Shown here: one piece after another, positions 9,280 to 19,813 of the stretch
Layout of the letters: each line of letters starts with the position of its first letter
Numbering within the stretch: the first letter of the stretch is position 1
From: Candidatus Bathyarchaeota archaeon
GTDB taxonomy: Archaea > Thermoproteota > Bathyarchaeia > Bathyarchaeales > Bathycorpusculaceae
DNA length: 64,000 bases
Direction: 5' to 3'
Assembly: GCA_963767735.1 (NCBI GenBank)
Contig: CAVYES010000006.1
Location: forward strand, 384,001-448,000
Position numbers and translations under genes: made by a program
Notes under the pieces: generated by a model
What the model was told of the DNA's origin: nothing
The model's database searches: none
The model's input: the letters and a program-made list of their open reading frames with translations, nothing else

Positions 9280-10464
9280 TTAAACTTTTACGTTGCAAAC
9301 GTTCGGGACTGCTTTGAGCTTCTTTATTATTTCCTGATTAACTTTTTTGTGGAGCACGTACACCGATATGGCGAAGCCGATGTTTCCGATTTGCCTTGAG
9401 TAATTTGCTCTAATGTTTATTTCGTTATCAGCTAAAACTTTGTCAATATTAGCAAAAACTCCTGGCACATCACGGTGATAAATAAACAAAGTGTAAACAG
9501 GGATTTCTTCCAGCTCTATGCTTTCACCAGCGTTTACAGCGTTAGCAAAGTCTCCGCCTAAAAGATAACTTGAAACTACGCGTGCGATTTCGGTTGATGT
9601 TTCTCTTTGGGCTTCGATTGTTGAGGCGCCAAGGTGACTGCTTAAAACCACGTTATCTAACTCTTTGAGTTTGCTTTTGAATTCGTCGCCTTCGTTTTTG
9701 GGTTCATCATTGTAAACGTCAATTGCGGCGCCAGCAATTTTGTTTTCTTTTAACGCCATGTATAATGCTTGCTCGTCTATGTTGCTGCCTCTTGAAGTAT
9801 TAACCAGATAAGCAGTTGGCTTCATTAACTGCAGCTCTTTTTCGCCGACAACCTGTTCTTTTCCACCTGTGTGAATGCTTATGTAATCAGCTTTTGCTAG
9901 GGCTTCTTGTTTTGTCACGAATTTTATGCCAGATTCAAGACATGGCTTAATGTCATAACCGATTACTTCCATGTCAAAGCCGCGACGCGCAATTTCTGCC
10001 AGCCTCTGACCGATTCTTCCGCAGCCCAAAATACCCAACGTTTTGTAAGACAACTCGGTTCCCTTGAATTTCCCTTTTTTCCAAACCCCAGTTTTCAGGG
10101 AATGATGAGCTTGAGGGGTGTTTCTTGAGATGCCCAACATTAAACCGACGGTTAATTCCGCCACTGAATTGGTGCTGCCGTAGGGGGCAGATTTTACAAC
10201 TATTCCATTTTCTGAGGCGGCTTCAACATCTATGTTGTCATAGCCTACTCCTGCTCTTCCGACGATTTTGAGTTTTCCTCTGGCGCCTGCTTCTAAAACT
10301 TCTCTGGTGACTTTTGTTGCGCTTCTAACAATTAACGCGTCAAACTGCCCTATATCGGCAATTAGCTTGTTTTGGTCTCTTTTTTGCGTATCTGTCTCCA
10401 CGCCAGCGTCTTGGAAGAGCTTTAAGCCTTCTTTTTCTAAACCGTCATTTAACAGTGCCTTCAT
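9280..10464 (-). CDS. serA: D-3-phosphoglycerate dehydrogenase with C-terminal ACT domain
   Basis: VRSATKV, GRAGVGYDNID, GCGRIG, NTSRG, HLGAST, ACT HRDVPGV. Confidence 0.85.
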   Translation of the reverse strand: MKALLNDGLEKEGLKLFQDAGVETDTQKRDQNKLIADIGQFDALIVRSATKVTREVLEAGARGKLKIVGRAGVGYDNIDVEAASENGIVVKSAPYGSTNSVAELTVGLMLGISRNTPQAHHSLKTGVWKKGKFKGTELSYKTLGILGCGRIGQRLAEIARRGFDMEVIGYDIKPCLESGIKFVTKQEALAKADYISIHTGGKEQVVGEKELQLMKPTAYLVNTSRGSNIDEQALYMALKENKIAGAAIDVYNDEPKNEGDEFKSKLKELDNVVLSSHLGASTIEAQRETSTEIARVVSSYLLGGDFANAVNAGESIELEEIPVYTLFIYHRDVPGVFANIDKVLADNEINIRANYSRQIGNIGFAISVYVLHKKVNQEIIKKLKAVPNVCNVKV

Positions 10465-10573
10465 TTTTAGCCGACTCCTTTAAGTGGTTATCAAGCTTTA
10501 AGATTTAAGCTGATTGGCAAACAATAATATTAAATGTTCTGAAAAAACTGAACTTTTTATCTTTTTTGGATGC

Positions 10574-10858
10574 TTAATTTTTGTTTTTTAAGGCGGCTGC
10601 TTGTTGTTTGCTGATTCTGGTGGATGCTATCTCAAACGTTGATACTGTATGGCAGTAAGGGCACTTTAGGCGCCGGTTGTTTCCACGGTACAGAGAAATG
10701 AAGCTGGCTCCTGGAACCCAGTGGTAGTTAAATTTTTTCTTGCATTTTGGGCAGGTTAACCTTGATATGGTGTGTGGTCCATACCTTGGAAGCAACATGA
10801 AGACTGCTACAAAGATTACTGCTGTTACGGCAGCGTAGATTAAGAAAAGATCTACCAT
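10574..10858 (-). CDS. Membrane-anchored zinc-ribbon protein
   Basis: TM helix plus CPKC and CPYC. Confidence 0.65.
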   Translation of the reverse strand: MVDLFLIYAAVTAVIFVAVFMLLPRYGPHTISRLTCPKCKKKFNYHWVPGASFISLYRGNNRRLKCPYCHTVSTFEIASTRISKQQAAALKNKN

Positions 10859-10966
10859 GACAATTTCAGCTTTCAAAAGGAGAATGTTAGCTTATTAATA
10901 TTTAGGCTCAATCTTCACTTTTAGAAGATTCTTGTTTGGGTGATGTTGTGAGGCAGTGAAAGTCAT

Positions 10967-12304
10967 CTAAGCTTTTTTGAGGTAGGCTAATGCTTCTTCG
11001 ATGTTTTGGAAGCCGTATTTCACTTGATTAAACTCTTTCTTGAACGATAGTACGTCTTCTTTGACTTGAGCGGGTTGTCGTTTGCCCTTTATCACGTCAA
11101 GCATAAGGTCGCATAAGTGTTTTATCTCGCTTTCCTTGAAGCCTCGTCTGGTTACGTCTTGAAAGCCGATTCTTAATCCTGATGGGTCATCTTTGCTGCT
11201 TTGGTCATCGTAGGGTAAGAGGTTTTTGTTGAGAATAATATTTGCATCTTCGAGGTCTTGAGCAATCTTTTTGCCGCCGCCGAAGCTGCGAATATCAACC
11301 GCGATTTGGTGAGATTTAGTGAAGCCTTTTTTCTCCGCCAGAACTTTAACGTCGTTCTCATACAGGTATTGTCCAGCTGTCTGCGCATTCTTTATGGTTT
11401 GTCTTGCTAGTTCTGCGCCGAAAAGCTTCATCTCCAAGGCGGCTATGCCGAGCGCTGGTAACCTGCCCAGATGAGTGCTCGAAGCGCTAAGTGGGAAAAT
11501 GGCGAATTGGATTTTTTTCACTGCTTTCTCCAGTGCCGGGCTAGTCGGGGTTCCCATGATGACGCCTCCTTGTGGACCTGGGAAAGTTTTGTGAGTTGAT
11601 GAGGTTATGAAGTCTGCGCCCTCTCGCAGAGGATCCTGGAATTCGCCGCCTGCAATTAAACCTAGAACATGAGACGCGTCGTAGGCTATGTATGCGCCTA
11701 CTTCTTCGCAGACGGCTCTTAACTCGCGTATTGGATGTGGAAACAGGAAGAGGCTGCCGCCGAAGGTAACAATGCCGGGTTTGGCGGCTCGTATAACGTA
11801 GGCCGACTTGTCTGGGTCAATATTGAATTCGTCAACGTCGTAAACGTGATTTATGTTTTCTAAACCTAAAACGTTGCCAGCTAACCCAGTGTAATCATGT
11901 GAGATGTGTGCACCACAACTTAGCGGGGTAACGACCATTTTGTTGTTTTTAGAAGCCAATGATAAGCCTTTGAAGGTTGCTAGGTTTGAATGGGTTCCCG
12001 AAACCAGACGGACGTCCGCCCAGTCAGCTTTGAACAGGCTTTTCATTATGTCAGTTGAATAGTCTTCGATTTGGGACATGTATTTTTGTCCTTGATAGTA
12101 CCTTTTTTTAACGTGTCCTTGTGCGTCGTTTTCGCCTTCCGCATATCTGCATGCGAGGTCATGAGAGAAGCAGAGCATCTGGTTGACTGCTGGAGATTTT
12201 AGTCCCTCGCTTGCAATCATATTTATGCATTCTTTGTCCCGGTATTGTTCATGTTTGCGGGTTGATTCAATTAGGTTTAGGGCAAGGTTTGAGAAGTTTT
12301 CCAT
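10967..12304 (-). CDS. glyA: Serine hydroxymethyltransferase
   Basis: NMIASE, YAEG, GAHISH, SSTHKTFPGPQGG PLP lysine motif, PSGLRIG. Confidence 0.95.
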   Translation of the reverse strand: MENFSNLALNLIESTRKHEQYRDKECINMIASEGLKSPAVNQMLCFSHDLACRYAEGENDAQGHVKKRYYQGQKYMSQIEDYSTDIMKSLFKADWADVRLVSGTHSNLATFKGLSLASKNNKMVVTPLSCGAHISHDYTGLAGNVLGLENINHVYDVDEFNIDPDKSAYVIRAAKPGIVTFGGSLFLFPHPIRELRAVCEEVGAYIAYDASHVLGLIAGGEFQDPLREGADFITSSTHKTFPGPQGGVIMGTPTSPALEKAVKKIQFAIFPLSASSTHLGRLPALGIAALEMKLFGAELARQTIKNAQTAGQYLYENDVKVLAEKKGFTKSHQIAVDIRSFGGGKKIAQDLEDANIILNKNLLPYDDQSSKDDPSGLRIGFQDVTRRGFKESEIKHLCDLMLDVIKGKRQPAQVKEDVLSFKKEFNQVKYGFQNIEEALAYLKKA

Positions 12305-12474
12305 TTTTGTGTTCTTCCCCACGCTTAAATCATCAACGGAATTAGGCTTTGCAGTATTTAGCCGTTACTGGAAGCAAATTAGGGTTTGTTACTTATGCGT
12401 CTACAGTTTAGCTGAGGCTATACATGGTTAAGTTTATGAAATCGGAAGTGGTCGCTAGGTAAAGGAGTCGACGT

Positions 12475-13182
12475 CTATTCTTTATAATCTAGAAAACCCC
12501 TTTTTATAAGGAAGCGTTTGATGCCTTCTTTTGCCTCGGAGAATTTTTGTCTGCTTGGCAGGTAGAGGAGAACGTATGCTGTGCCTAGAAGGAACTTGGT
12601 TATTGAGTTCAGTGAGAATGCCCAGGCGTGTGGGTTGTTAATGATTATTCTTGGCCAAGCAAACACGTAAAGCGTTTGTGGAAATTCATATTGTGGAAAC
12701 CCGATTGTAATCCAGAAAATCCATAAAACCGTCATGGCGATTAGCACAAGCCAGAACCATTTGTTAGTTTTCATGTATTTGTAGCCAGACAGGGCGGTCA
12801 GTGCAATTAATGCGTAATTTAGAAAGATAGCGTTTCCATTTAGAAGAAAATAAGGCGACTTTCCGTAATTCCAAGAATTAAAGAATGAGAAATGATAGAG
12901 AATTTCGAAGAGCCAGACCATCGACACTGCACTTGCTATGGAGATTACGAAACTTTCAGCTGAAGATACACCATTTATTCGAAGAAAAATAGTGCTTCCT
13001 AAGTAGACAAACGCAAACGTTATCCAAGAACTCCAAAAATAGCCTCCGATACCCCATACGCTGGAAGTGGACAGCCACATAAACACGGAATAGCAGATGA
13101 GAAGAACCATAAAGCAAATAGTTATGTACTGTAGAATTTCAACAACGGCATTCGCGGTTGGTTTTTTTAAACGCCTAAACAC
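12475..13182 (-). CDS. Polytopic membrane protein, unknown function
   Basis: About 6 hydrophobic segments. Confidence 0.65.
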   Translation of the reverse strand: MFRRLKKPTANAVVEILQYITICFMVLLICYSVFMWLSTSSVWGIGGYFWSSWITFAFVYLGSTIFLRINGVSSAESFVISIASAVSMVWLFEILYHFSFFNSWNYGKSPYFLLNGNAIFLNYALIALTALSGYKYMKTNKWFWLVLIAMTVLWIFWITIGFPQYEFPQTLYVFAWPRIIINNPHAWAFSLNSITKFLLGTAYVLLYLPSRQKFSEAKEGIKRFLIKRGFLDYKE

Positions 13183-13314
13183 GTTTTCTCTTCCAGTGTA
13201 TAAGTATATGTTCGTTTGTTCTTAATTTTTGCTTTTTCTTCTGGTTGCGGTATAAATATGATGCAGCTGTAAACAGTAAAATCCCAGTTTTAGGTGCTAC
13301 ATTGCATTTGTCAA

Positions 13315-14133
13315 TTAGGTTTGCGCCGTTTTTTCTTTCGTTTGGTCAGGTGTTTGGGTTATTTTTGCTATGGACACTGAGCCTGATAGGACGCTGTTAT
13401 TTAGGAAGGTTATTTCTTTTCCAGAATCCAAATGGATAACCGTTTGCAATATCGTAATTTCTTTGACTATACCCTGTTCATTCAGGTATGAAGTAATGAC
13501 TCGGTCACCAACAACGTAGTGCAGTCTCCCTTCCTTTAATGGTTGTTCAAATTTGCGCAGGTCGGTTATGATTATTCCGCCTGAAGCAATTGCACTGTTT
13601 GGGATGGTGACTTGTCCCATGTCAGTCTGTATTCTCATAACGAGTGCACTCATTTCTGTGACTTTTCCAGGGATACTGTTGACCATGACGTTGTCGCCTT
13701 CTTTAAACTGGTAAGTGGTGAAAACCAGGAAACCGGATAAGAGGCTGCCGACAAATGTGGAGATTACGAGTCCAGCGGTGATTGAGATTATTCCTGCGCC
13801 TGTTAAAAGATCCGTTGCTGAAACATGTACAATGGCTAGGATTCCGAAGATCATAATCAATATTGCGACTGAAAGCATGACGTACTGGACGATTGTTGCT
13901 GCTTGAGCGCCCATTCGCTGAGACATAAGCGGTTTAAAATGCCTTATAATTACTATCGCTGCTCCCCAAAAACTTATGCTGATGATTATTTCTACGGCTT
14001 GTTCAAATAGTTTGGATAAGCTTATAGGTCCAGCAATGAACTGATGGAAAACTAAAAGGATAACTACAGTCAAGACTAAAGTTATTATTAAGTAAAAGAC
14101 GAGTCTTTGCAATGACGCAATATGTCGTGCCAT
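13315..14133 (-). CDS. MscS-family mechanosensitive channel (duplicated beta domain)
   Basis: TM helices then FKEGDNV...GKV...IPNS and a second VGDRV...FLNNS repeat. Confidence 0.8.
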   Translation of the reverse strand: MARHIASLQRLVFYLIITLVLTVVILLVFHQFIAGPISLSKLFEQAVEIIISISFWGAAIVIIRHFKPLMSQRMGAQAATIVQYVMLSVAILIMIFGILAIVHVSATDLLTGAGIISITAGLVISTFVGSLLSGFLVFTTYQFKEGDNVMVNSIPGKVTEMSALVMRIQTDMGQVTIPNSAIASGGIIITDLRKFEQPLKEGRLHYVVGDRVITSYLNEQGIVKEITILQTVIHLDSGKEITFLNNSVLSGSVSIAKITQTPDQTKEKTAQT

Positions 14134-14292
14134 CTTGATCCTTCACAGCCATAACTTAAAGCATATTTCTATAGTTTTCCCAAGCGAGGTAAGCCAAACT
14201 AAAGGCGGCTGCTCATAAAGTTTTCAGTCAAGGTTCTTTTTACATCATTGGTATAATTGTATTTAATTCGTGAGATTTTGGCAGGTTTAGAG

Positions 14293-14646
14293 TTATTTCA
14301 GCTCAGAAATCCGTTTCTGAACTATTTTTAATAACTGTTTTCTTAGATTTTCGCCGGAGTTGGTTTGTATGAAGCAAATACGATTGGCTAATTCTTCGTC
14401 GCCGAGTGTATTCTGTATCCACTTTTGGAAGTCGCTACGTGGATAGTGAAAGAGAATTGAGTTAGCGTCTATGGTTTCCAGCTTCAAAGCAAACTCATGT
14501 AAGCTGACCGCTGTTATACCTGTGTAAACTTCCTTTTCTGTTGAAAAATGGAATCCTCTTTCAAAGGAAACATTTCTGAGAACCATTTCTTCATTCGATT
14601 TCTCGGTTGGAAGTTCCTTTTCAGACAGAACTGTTTTTGTCGTCAA
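14293..14646 (-). CDS. DUF5752-like protein
   Basis: FHF...A.SLHEF...SILFH..RSDFQKWI..LGDEELA pattern. Confidence 0.75.
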   Translation of the reverse strand: MTTKTVLSEKELPTEKSNEEMVLRNVSFERGFHFSTEKEVYTGITAVSLHEFALKLETIDANSILFHYPRSDFQKWIQNTLGDEELANRICFIQTNSGENLRKQLLKIVQKRISELK

Positions 14647-15235
14647 AAATTCACCAGCTTTTGTGGGTAGAATCTATTGAGAGTACTTTATAGGTCCTTG
14701 TGATTGTATGGGTGTAGTCACAACGCACGTAATGCAATTAGGCTTTTTTGAAATTTTCAAAAAACGATGGGGAAAAGGGAATAGGTTTGTTGTAACATAA
14801 ACAAAATAGGTGGCAACAGAATTTACCCAACCGCGCCTCGTTCTTTTAGCATTAAATTGACTGGCACTAACCTTAAGAGAAGCAGAAACAATGAAAATGT
14901 GGGTATATGTTTGGTCGAAGAGAAAAGAAATAAGAAACCTAAACTTCCAAAGAAACGAATAAATAAAATCTTGAAAAAGAAAGGTCGCCCTTGAAACATC
15001 TTAACTAATAAAATTCAGAGCAAACCTTTACTTGCTTCTAATTACTATGTGAAATCGGTTTTCTAGAAAAATGAATGCTCTGTTTATGTTGCTTTAGAGA
15101 GCACTAACGTGGTCTGTCGAGTTGCCAAAAATCAAATATGAATCAGTATGTTGATTTTTCCGGCCTCAATTTTAACCTGTGGCTACTTCTTTCCCTTTAA
15201 GAGGTGCAATGTAACCTTGCTCAGGGTTGAGTGGC

Positions 15236-17704
15236 CTAGCGAGGAGCTGGAGTAGCGTTGCCGCTTGACTTTTGTTCCTTTACATCGTTTTCAAACGTGC
15301 GGAAGTAGCGGATCTTCAAGAAATCTGTTACTACGAACTCCAGTAAGGCGTATCCCCAAACTAGACCTGCCAGTCCCCAACCAATGGGACTTATCAGTAC
15401 ACCGTACACCGCCAAGACCGTGGCGAATACCTGCGTACCTTCAGCAGCAATTAATAGAACACCTGCTGGGAATGGGCGTTCCCAGAAGTGACGGTTGTGC
15501 GTTCTTGCAAGATAAAGGGTCATGTGACCCGCCACCATCATCTTGAGAAACATAAGTGTTTGAAGAGTGAGTGGGCTGAGGTGGAGAACGTCAAGCCCGA
15601 TGATAAAGAGCAGGAAACTCGCAACTAAACCTGTGACGCCAAGCAAAGAAGCAACAATTATGACTTCCCGCATATTCCAACGTACAGGTTTTGCATGGAT
15701 TCTCACGTTGTCATAAGCAATCATCATGATTGGCAAATCGTTAAGCAACGCTATCAGGACAATCATCACCGGCGTAAGGGGATAAAAGTTGAAGATTATG
15801 ATAGTCAGTGACAAGAAGAATAGCACACGCATGGTCTCCGCGATGCGGTAGATCGCATAGTTGTTCATTCGCGCAAAAATCTTGCGGCTCTCCTTAATCG
15901 AGTCAATAATGACAGAGAGACCAGGTTTAGTTAGCACGACGTCCGCAGCCGATTTTGCCGCGTCAGTTGCGCCGTCAACAGCAACGCCCGCATCTGCCTT
16001 CTTCAAAGCTGGAGCGTCGTTGACTCCGTCGCCCGTCATGCCGACAATATGGCCTTTTCCCTGCAGCAACTCAACTATGCGGTATTTGTGCTCCGGAAAA
16101 ACTTGAGCAAAACCATCTGCTTTTTCAATGAGGTCAGTCGCTTCGCTGTCAGACTTGTCTATGAAAGAAGAGGCAGGGATTATGTTTGTGCCCAAATTAA
16201 CTTCTTGAGCAATCTGCTTGGCTATTGCGATGTGGTCGCCCGTGACCATTTTGACGTTTATGCCCATATTCTGGGCTGTTTTTATTGTCTCAGCAGAGTC
16301 TTCGCGGGGCGGGTCGTAAATTGCAAGAAGTCCAACGTATTGCCAGTTGCCTTCTGCGTCTCCCTTAATTACGCCTAGCGCTCGATGTCCTTTGCTTGCG
16401 AAAATGTTTATAATCTCGTTAACTTTGTTTTCGATTTCTGACTTATTTGAAACAAGAGACAAAACAACTTGAGGTGCACCTTTAGACACTTTGAAGCGTC
16501 CACCGTCGTGGCTCTCGACCGTGGCTTCAGTTCTCTTCAAAACTGGGTCAAACGGCTTAAAATCAACCACGCTGTATCGACCAAGAACATCGGCAATTAC
16601 CAGGATTGACTTGGCTTTAGCGATGACGGCGTCATCGATGGGATCATGGTTTTCTGCTTTGGAAGCCAATGTTCCATATAGGAGAGCATCGTTGATTTCG
16701 AATTTTCCAAAGGCTTGAGTTTCCGCAACTGTAAGTTCATTCTTCGTTATGGTTCCTGTCTTGTCTGAACATAACACGTCCACTCCAGCCATTTCTTCAA
16801 TTGAGACCAGCTTGCTTACGATGGCTTCTTTTTTCGCGAGGGCGATTGCTCCAACTGCCATGGTAACCGTCAAAACGGCGGGTAAAGCTACAGGTATCGA
16901 AGCTACAACCAAAACAAGTACGTACTGAATAAGGGATAATGGATTGGTGTGTCGAAGGAGCGCTGCTATAAGCACTGCAGAAACCATTGTTCCCGCCAGA
17001 ATAATCAGGTAGTTTCCTATTTTTATAACGGCTTTTTGGAAGTGGCTTCCCGCTCTGGCTTCTTCCACTAGTTTGGCGGTTTTGCCAAAAAAGCTGGTTA
17101 TTCCAGTGGCTACGACGTAAGCGTCCATTTCTCCTTGCTTAACGATGGCTCCTGCATAAGCAATGTCAGAAACATGCTTCTCCACAGGCAGAGATTCACC
17201 GGTTAACGCGGATTCATCAGCGAGCAGGTAGTCGCCTTTCATGAGCTTAACGTCAGCAGGAACAATGTCTCCCAACCGGACGCGCACAATATCGCCGGGA
17301 ACCAGCACCTTGGAAGGTATCTCACGCCATGTCCCGTCTCTGAGCACTCGTGCTTTTGGAGCAAGCCGCTTCTTCAACAACTCTATAGCGTTGTCCGCTT
17401 TATTTTCCTGCCAGAATCCCACTGCTGCATTCACAATTAGCAGCGTGAAAATTAGGGCAAAATCCTCGTAGCGTTGAATGATTATAGATAGTACTGCAGC
17501 AATTTCTATCATCCAAGGAATGGGTCCCCAGAAATACCCCGTTAGCTTGCGAAATGGACTAATTTTCTTTTCAGGAATTTCATTAGGACCAAATTTCTGA
17601 AGTTTTTGGGCTGCCTCCTCTGAAGATAACCCAGTCTTGGAATACTCTGGAAATGGGGTTTCTTCTTCAGACGAATTTCTTTGCTCTTCGGTTTTCACTG
17701 GCAA
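15236..17704 (-). CDS. Plasma-membrane proton-efflux P-type ATPase (P3A)
   Basis: FWGPIPWMIE, ALTGESLP, CSDKTGT, KGAP, MTGDGVNDAPALK, IALLND. Confidence 0.95.
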   Translation of the reverse strand: MPVKTEEQRNSSEEETPFPEYSKTGLSSEEAAQKLQKFGPNEIPEKKISPFRKLTGYFWGPIPWMIEIAAVLSIIIQRYEDFALIFTLLIVNAAVGFWQENKADNAIELLKKRLAPKARVLRDGTWREIPSKVLVPGDIVRVRLGDIVPADVKLMKGDYLLADESALTGESLPVEKHVSDIAYAGAIVKQGEMDAYVVATGITSFFGKTAKLVEEARAGSHFQKAVIKIGNYLIILAGTMVSAVLIAALLRHTNPLSLIQYVLVLVVASIPVALPAVLTVTMAVGAIALAKKEAIVSKLVSIEEMAGVDVLCSDKTGTITKNELTVAETQAFGKFEINDALLYGTLASKAENHDPIDDAVIAKAKSILVIADVLGRYSVVDFKPFDPVLKRTEATVESHDGGRFKVSKGAPQVVLSLVSNKSEIENKVNEIINIFASKGHRALGVIKGDAEGNWQYVGLLAIYDPPREDSAETIKTAQNMGINVKMVTGDHIAIAKQIAQEVNLGTNIIPASSFIDKSDSEATDLIEKADGFAQVFPEHKYRIVELLQGKGHIVGMTGDGVNDAPALKKADAGVAVDGATDAAKSAADVVLTKPGLSVIIDSIKESRKIFARMNNYAIYRIAETMRVLFFLSLTIIIFNFYPLTPVMIVLIALLNDLPIMMIAYDNVRIHAKPVRWNMREVIIVASLLGVTGLVASFLLFIIGLDVLHLSPLTLQTLMFLKMMVAGHMTLYLARTHNRHFWERPFPAGVLLIAAEGTQVFATVLAVYGVLISPIGWGLAGLVWGYALLEFVVTDFLKIRYFRTFENDVKEQKSSGNATPAPR

Positions 17705-18046
17705 ACCTTCTGTTCAACTAACCCATTAGATAAGCTGTTAACGCCATATGCAAAACTCAACAATCGTCTACCTTTCGCTATAAATTTCTTTGAAGATTGT
17801 TTTCTAATTCTCCAAGCCATTAATCAAGCCGCGTAAGCAAATATAAATGTGTTTTAGCCGTTTTAATGCAGTTTTTTCCTTTAACGTCAGCAAGTATTAT
17901 ATGGACTTGCTGTGATTCTCTTTGCAATGTCGGCTCCTAACTGTCCTTGTCCAAAAAAAGATTGCCCACGCCACCGCAACTGCCAAGAATGTGTGGACCA
18001 CCATAAAACAAAGAATGAATTGCCATATTGCGCGAGGTAAACCAGA

Positions 18047-18316
18047 TTGACATCTCTTTCCGAGGCAGAAGCTTTCAAAAAAAGAGAAGAAATACAAAAC
18101 CGCTTTTGGAATCAAGTTGGCGCGGTTGAACATATTTCATTGCCAAAGCTAGAAGACGCCATAAAAAAAGAGTTCAGCTGCACTGACGGCAGGTTCATTC
18201 AAGCGCAAATTAAACTGATGCAGACAGAGGCAAGGGTTAGAGTGCAAAGCAACGTTAAAGTATGGATTAAACAGCCAAACACTATTTCGCTCCCTAAAAC
18301 GAATTGGTTTCGTTGA
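18047..18316 (+). CDS. Hypothetical protein
   Basis: 89-aa ORF with protein-like composition. Confidence 0.5.
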   Translation: MTSLSEAEAFKKREEIQNRFWNQVGAVEHISLPKLEDAIKKEFSCTDGRFIQAQIKLMQTEARVRVQSNVKVWIKQPNTISLPKTNWFR

Positions 18317-18363
18317 AATATCTTAAATACCGTAATTGCAAAGTCAGAGTGAGGTTCAGCTGA

Positions 18364-19224
18364 ATGCGGTCGGCAGTCATTACAAAAATTATTGCGATTT
18401 CTGGCCTTCTGAAAATCGAGCTTCCCCTGGCTGCTGGCCTATGTGTCGTTGCAGGTGAGATGTTGGTGATTGGGAAATTGCCAACGCCTCTTGAGTTTGC
18501 ACTTGGTTTTTTGGCGGGTTTCTTCATTTCGGGTGCGATAATGATGTCAAATGACTATTTCGATTTAGAAGTCGATAAAATAAACCATCCGAATCGGCCG
18601 CTTCCCTCAGGAAAGATAACAACAAGAGAATTAGTGGCGTTATCGTGCCTATTCTCAATAGCGGGTTTCTTGTCTTCTTATGTGCTCGGTTTCTCAGTGT
18701 TGTTTATCGCCATTTTTCTTTGGGTTGTTGGTTTTTTGTACAATTGGAAGTTCAAAGAAGTTGGTTTAGCGGGCAATTTGATGGTTAGTTTAGCGGTTGC
18801 AATGACTTTTATTTTTGGTGGGGTGTCCGTTAGCAACGGTTTTTCAGGGGTAGTTTGGTTTTTTGGAGCTTGCGCATTCATTTTTGACTTAGGCGAGGAG
18901 ATTGCAGGAGGCGCAATGGATGTTGAAGGAGACCGATTACGTTCGGCTAGAACGGTAGCTATCCTAAAAGGAAGGGACTTTGCTTTGCGTATTTCAAGTT
19001 TACTTTTTGCGTTCTTCATTGGACTTACTACTTTGCCATTTTTCTTTAGGTGGCTTGGAATTGTTTACTTTATTTTGATTTTGCCCACAGATTTTGCTGT
19101 GGCTTACTTTGCACTTCGACTTTTAAAAAGCAAAACAGCGAAGGAAGGTCGAGCCAGAACCCGTCAGCTCTATTTAACCCTCGTTCTTTTCATCATTGCC
19201 TTTATTATTAGTCGACTCATCTGA
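18364..19224 (+). CDS. UbiA-family prenyltransferase (DGGGP synthase-like)
   Basis: NDYFDLEVDKINHPNRPLPSG and DVEGD motifs; multiple TM helices. Confidence 0.88.
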   Translation: MRSAVITKIIAISGLLKIELPLAAGLCVVAGEMLVIGKLPTPLEFALGFLAGFFISGAIMMSNDYFDLEVDKINHPNRPLPSGKITTRELVALSCLFSIAGFLSSYVLGFSVLFIAIFLWVVGFLYNWKFKEVGLAGNLMVSLAVAMTFIFGGVSVSNGFSGVVWFFGACAFIFDLGEEIAGGAMDVEGDRLRSARTVAILKGRDFALRISSLLFAFFIGLTTLPFFFRWLGIVYFILILPTDFAVAYFALRLLKSKTAKEGRARTRQLYLTLVLFIIAFIISRLI

Positions 19225-19350
19225 GAAGAGTTTTTGCGTTTTTTTTCTGCTTAAATTTTCAGAATTTTTCGGTTTTCGTGAACCAAAACGATTAGTGGTT
19301 TGCATAACTTTAATAGTTAGCTTTTCTAATTGTTAGAAAATGAAATTAAT

Positions 19351-19812
19351 ATGACCGTTGATTCAGACGAGGTAGCCCGCGGATTACTTGAGGTGGTTCC
19401 AGTCATCATAAAGGACATCCGATCTCAGATGCGCAGTCGAAGGTCGCCTGATTTAACTGTTCCTCAATTCCGCACCTTAGCCTTTGTAGACCGCAACAAA
19501 GGCACTTCACTCTCCGCGGTGGCAAATCACATGGGATTAACTCTGCCCTCAACCTCAAAGCTTGTTGATGGTCTCATCACCCGCGGTATGTTAACAAGAG
19601 AAGATAATCCATCTGACAGACGACGAGTAAAATTAGGGGTAACAAATCATGGATTGGTTATTTTAGAAAACTCGCGCAAAGGCACCTTGACTTATTTGAC
19701 CGACAAAATATCCTCCGCCAGCGCAGAAGATAAAAAAGTCATTGCCCAAGCCATGAAAACTCTACGCTCTTTCTTCATAACCAGCACACAAACACAAGCG
19801 GAGGCGAAGTAA
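19351..19812 (+). CDS. MarR family transcriptional regulator
   Basis: LTVPQF...wHTH...DRRRV. Confidence 0.88.
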   Translation: MTVDSDEVARGLLEVVPVIIKDIRSQMRSRRSPDLTVPQFRTLAFVDRNKGTSLSAVANHMGLTLPSTSKLVDGLITRGMLTREDNPSDRRRVKLGVTNHGLVILENSRKGTLTYLTDKISSASAEDKKVIAQAMKTLRSFFITSTQTQAEAK

Positions 19813-19813
19813 C

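Noticed and set aside
15236-17704. Eukaryote-like P3A H+-ATPase as a novelty
   Set aside because: P3A ATPases are already known from several archaea.
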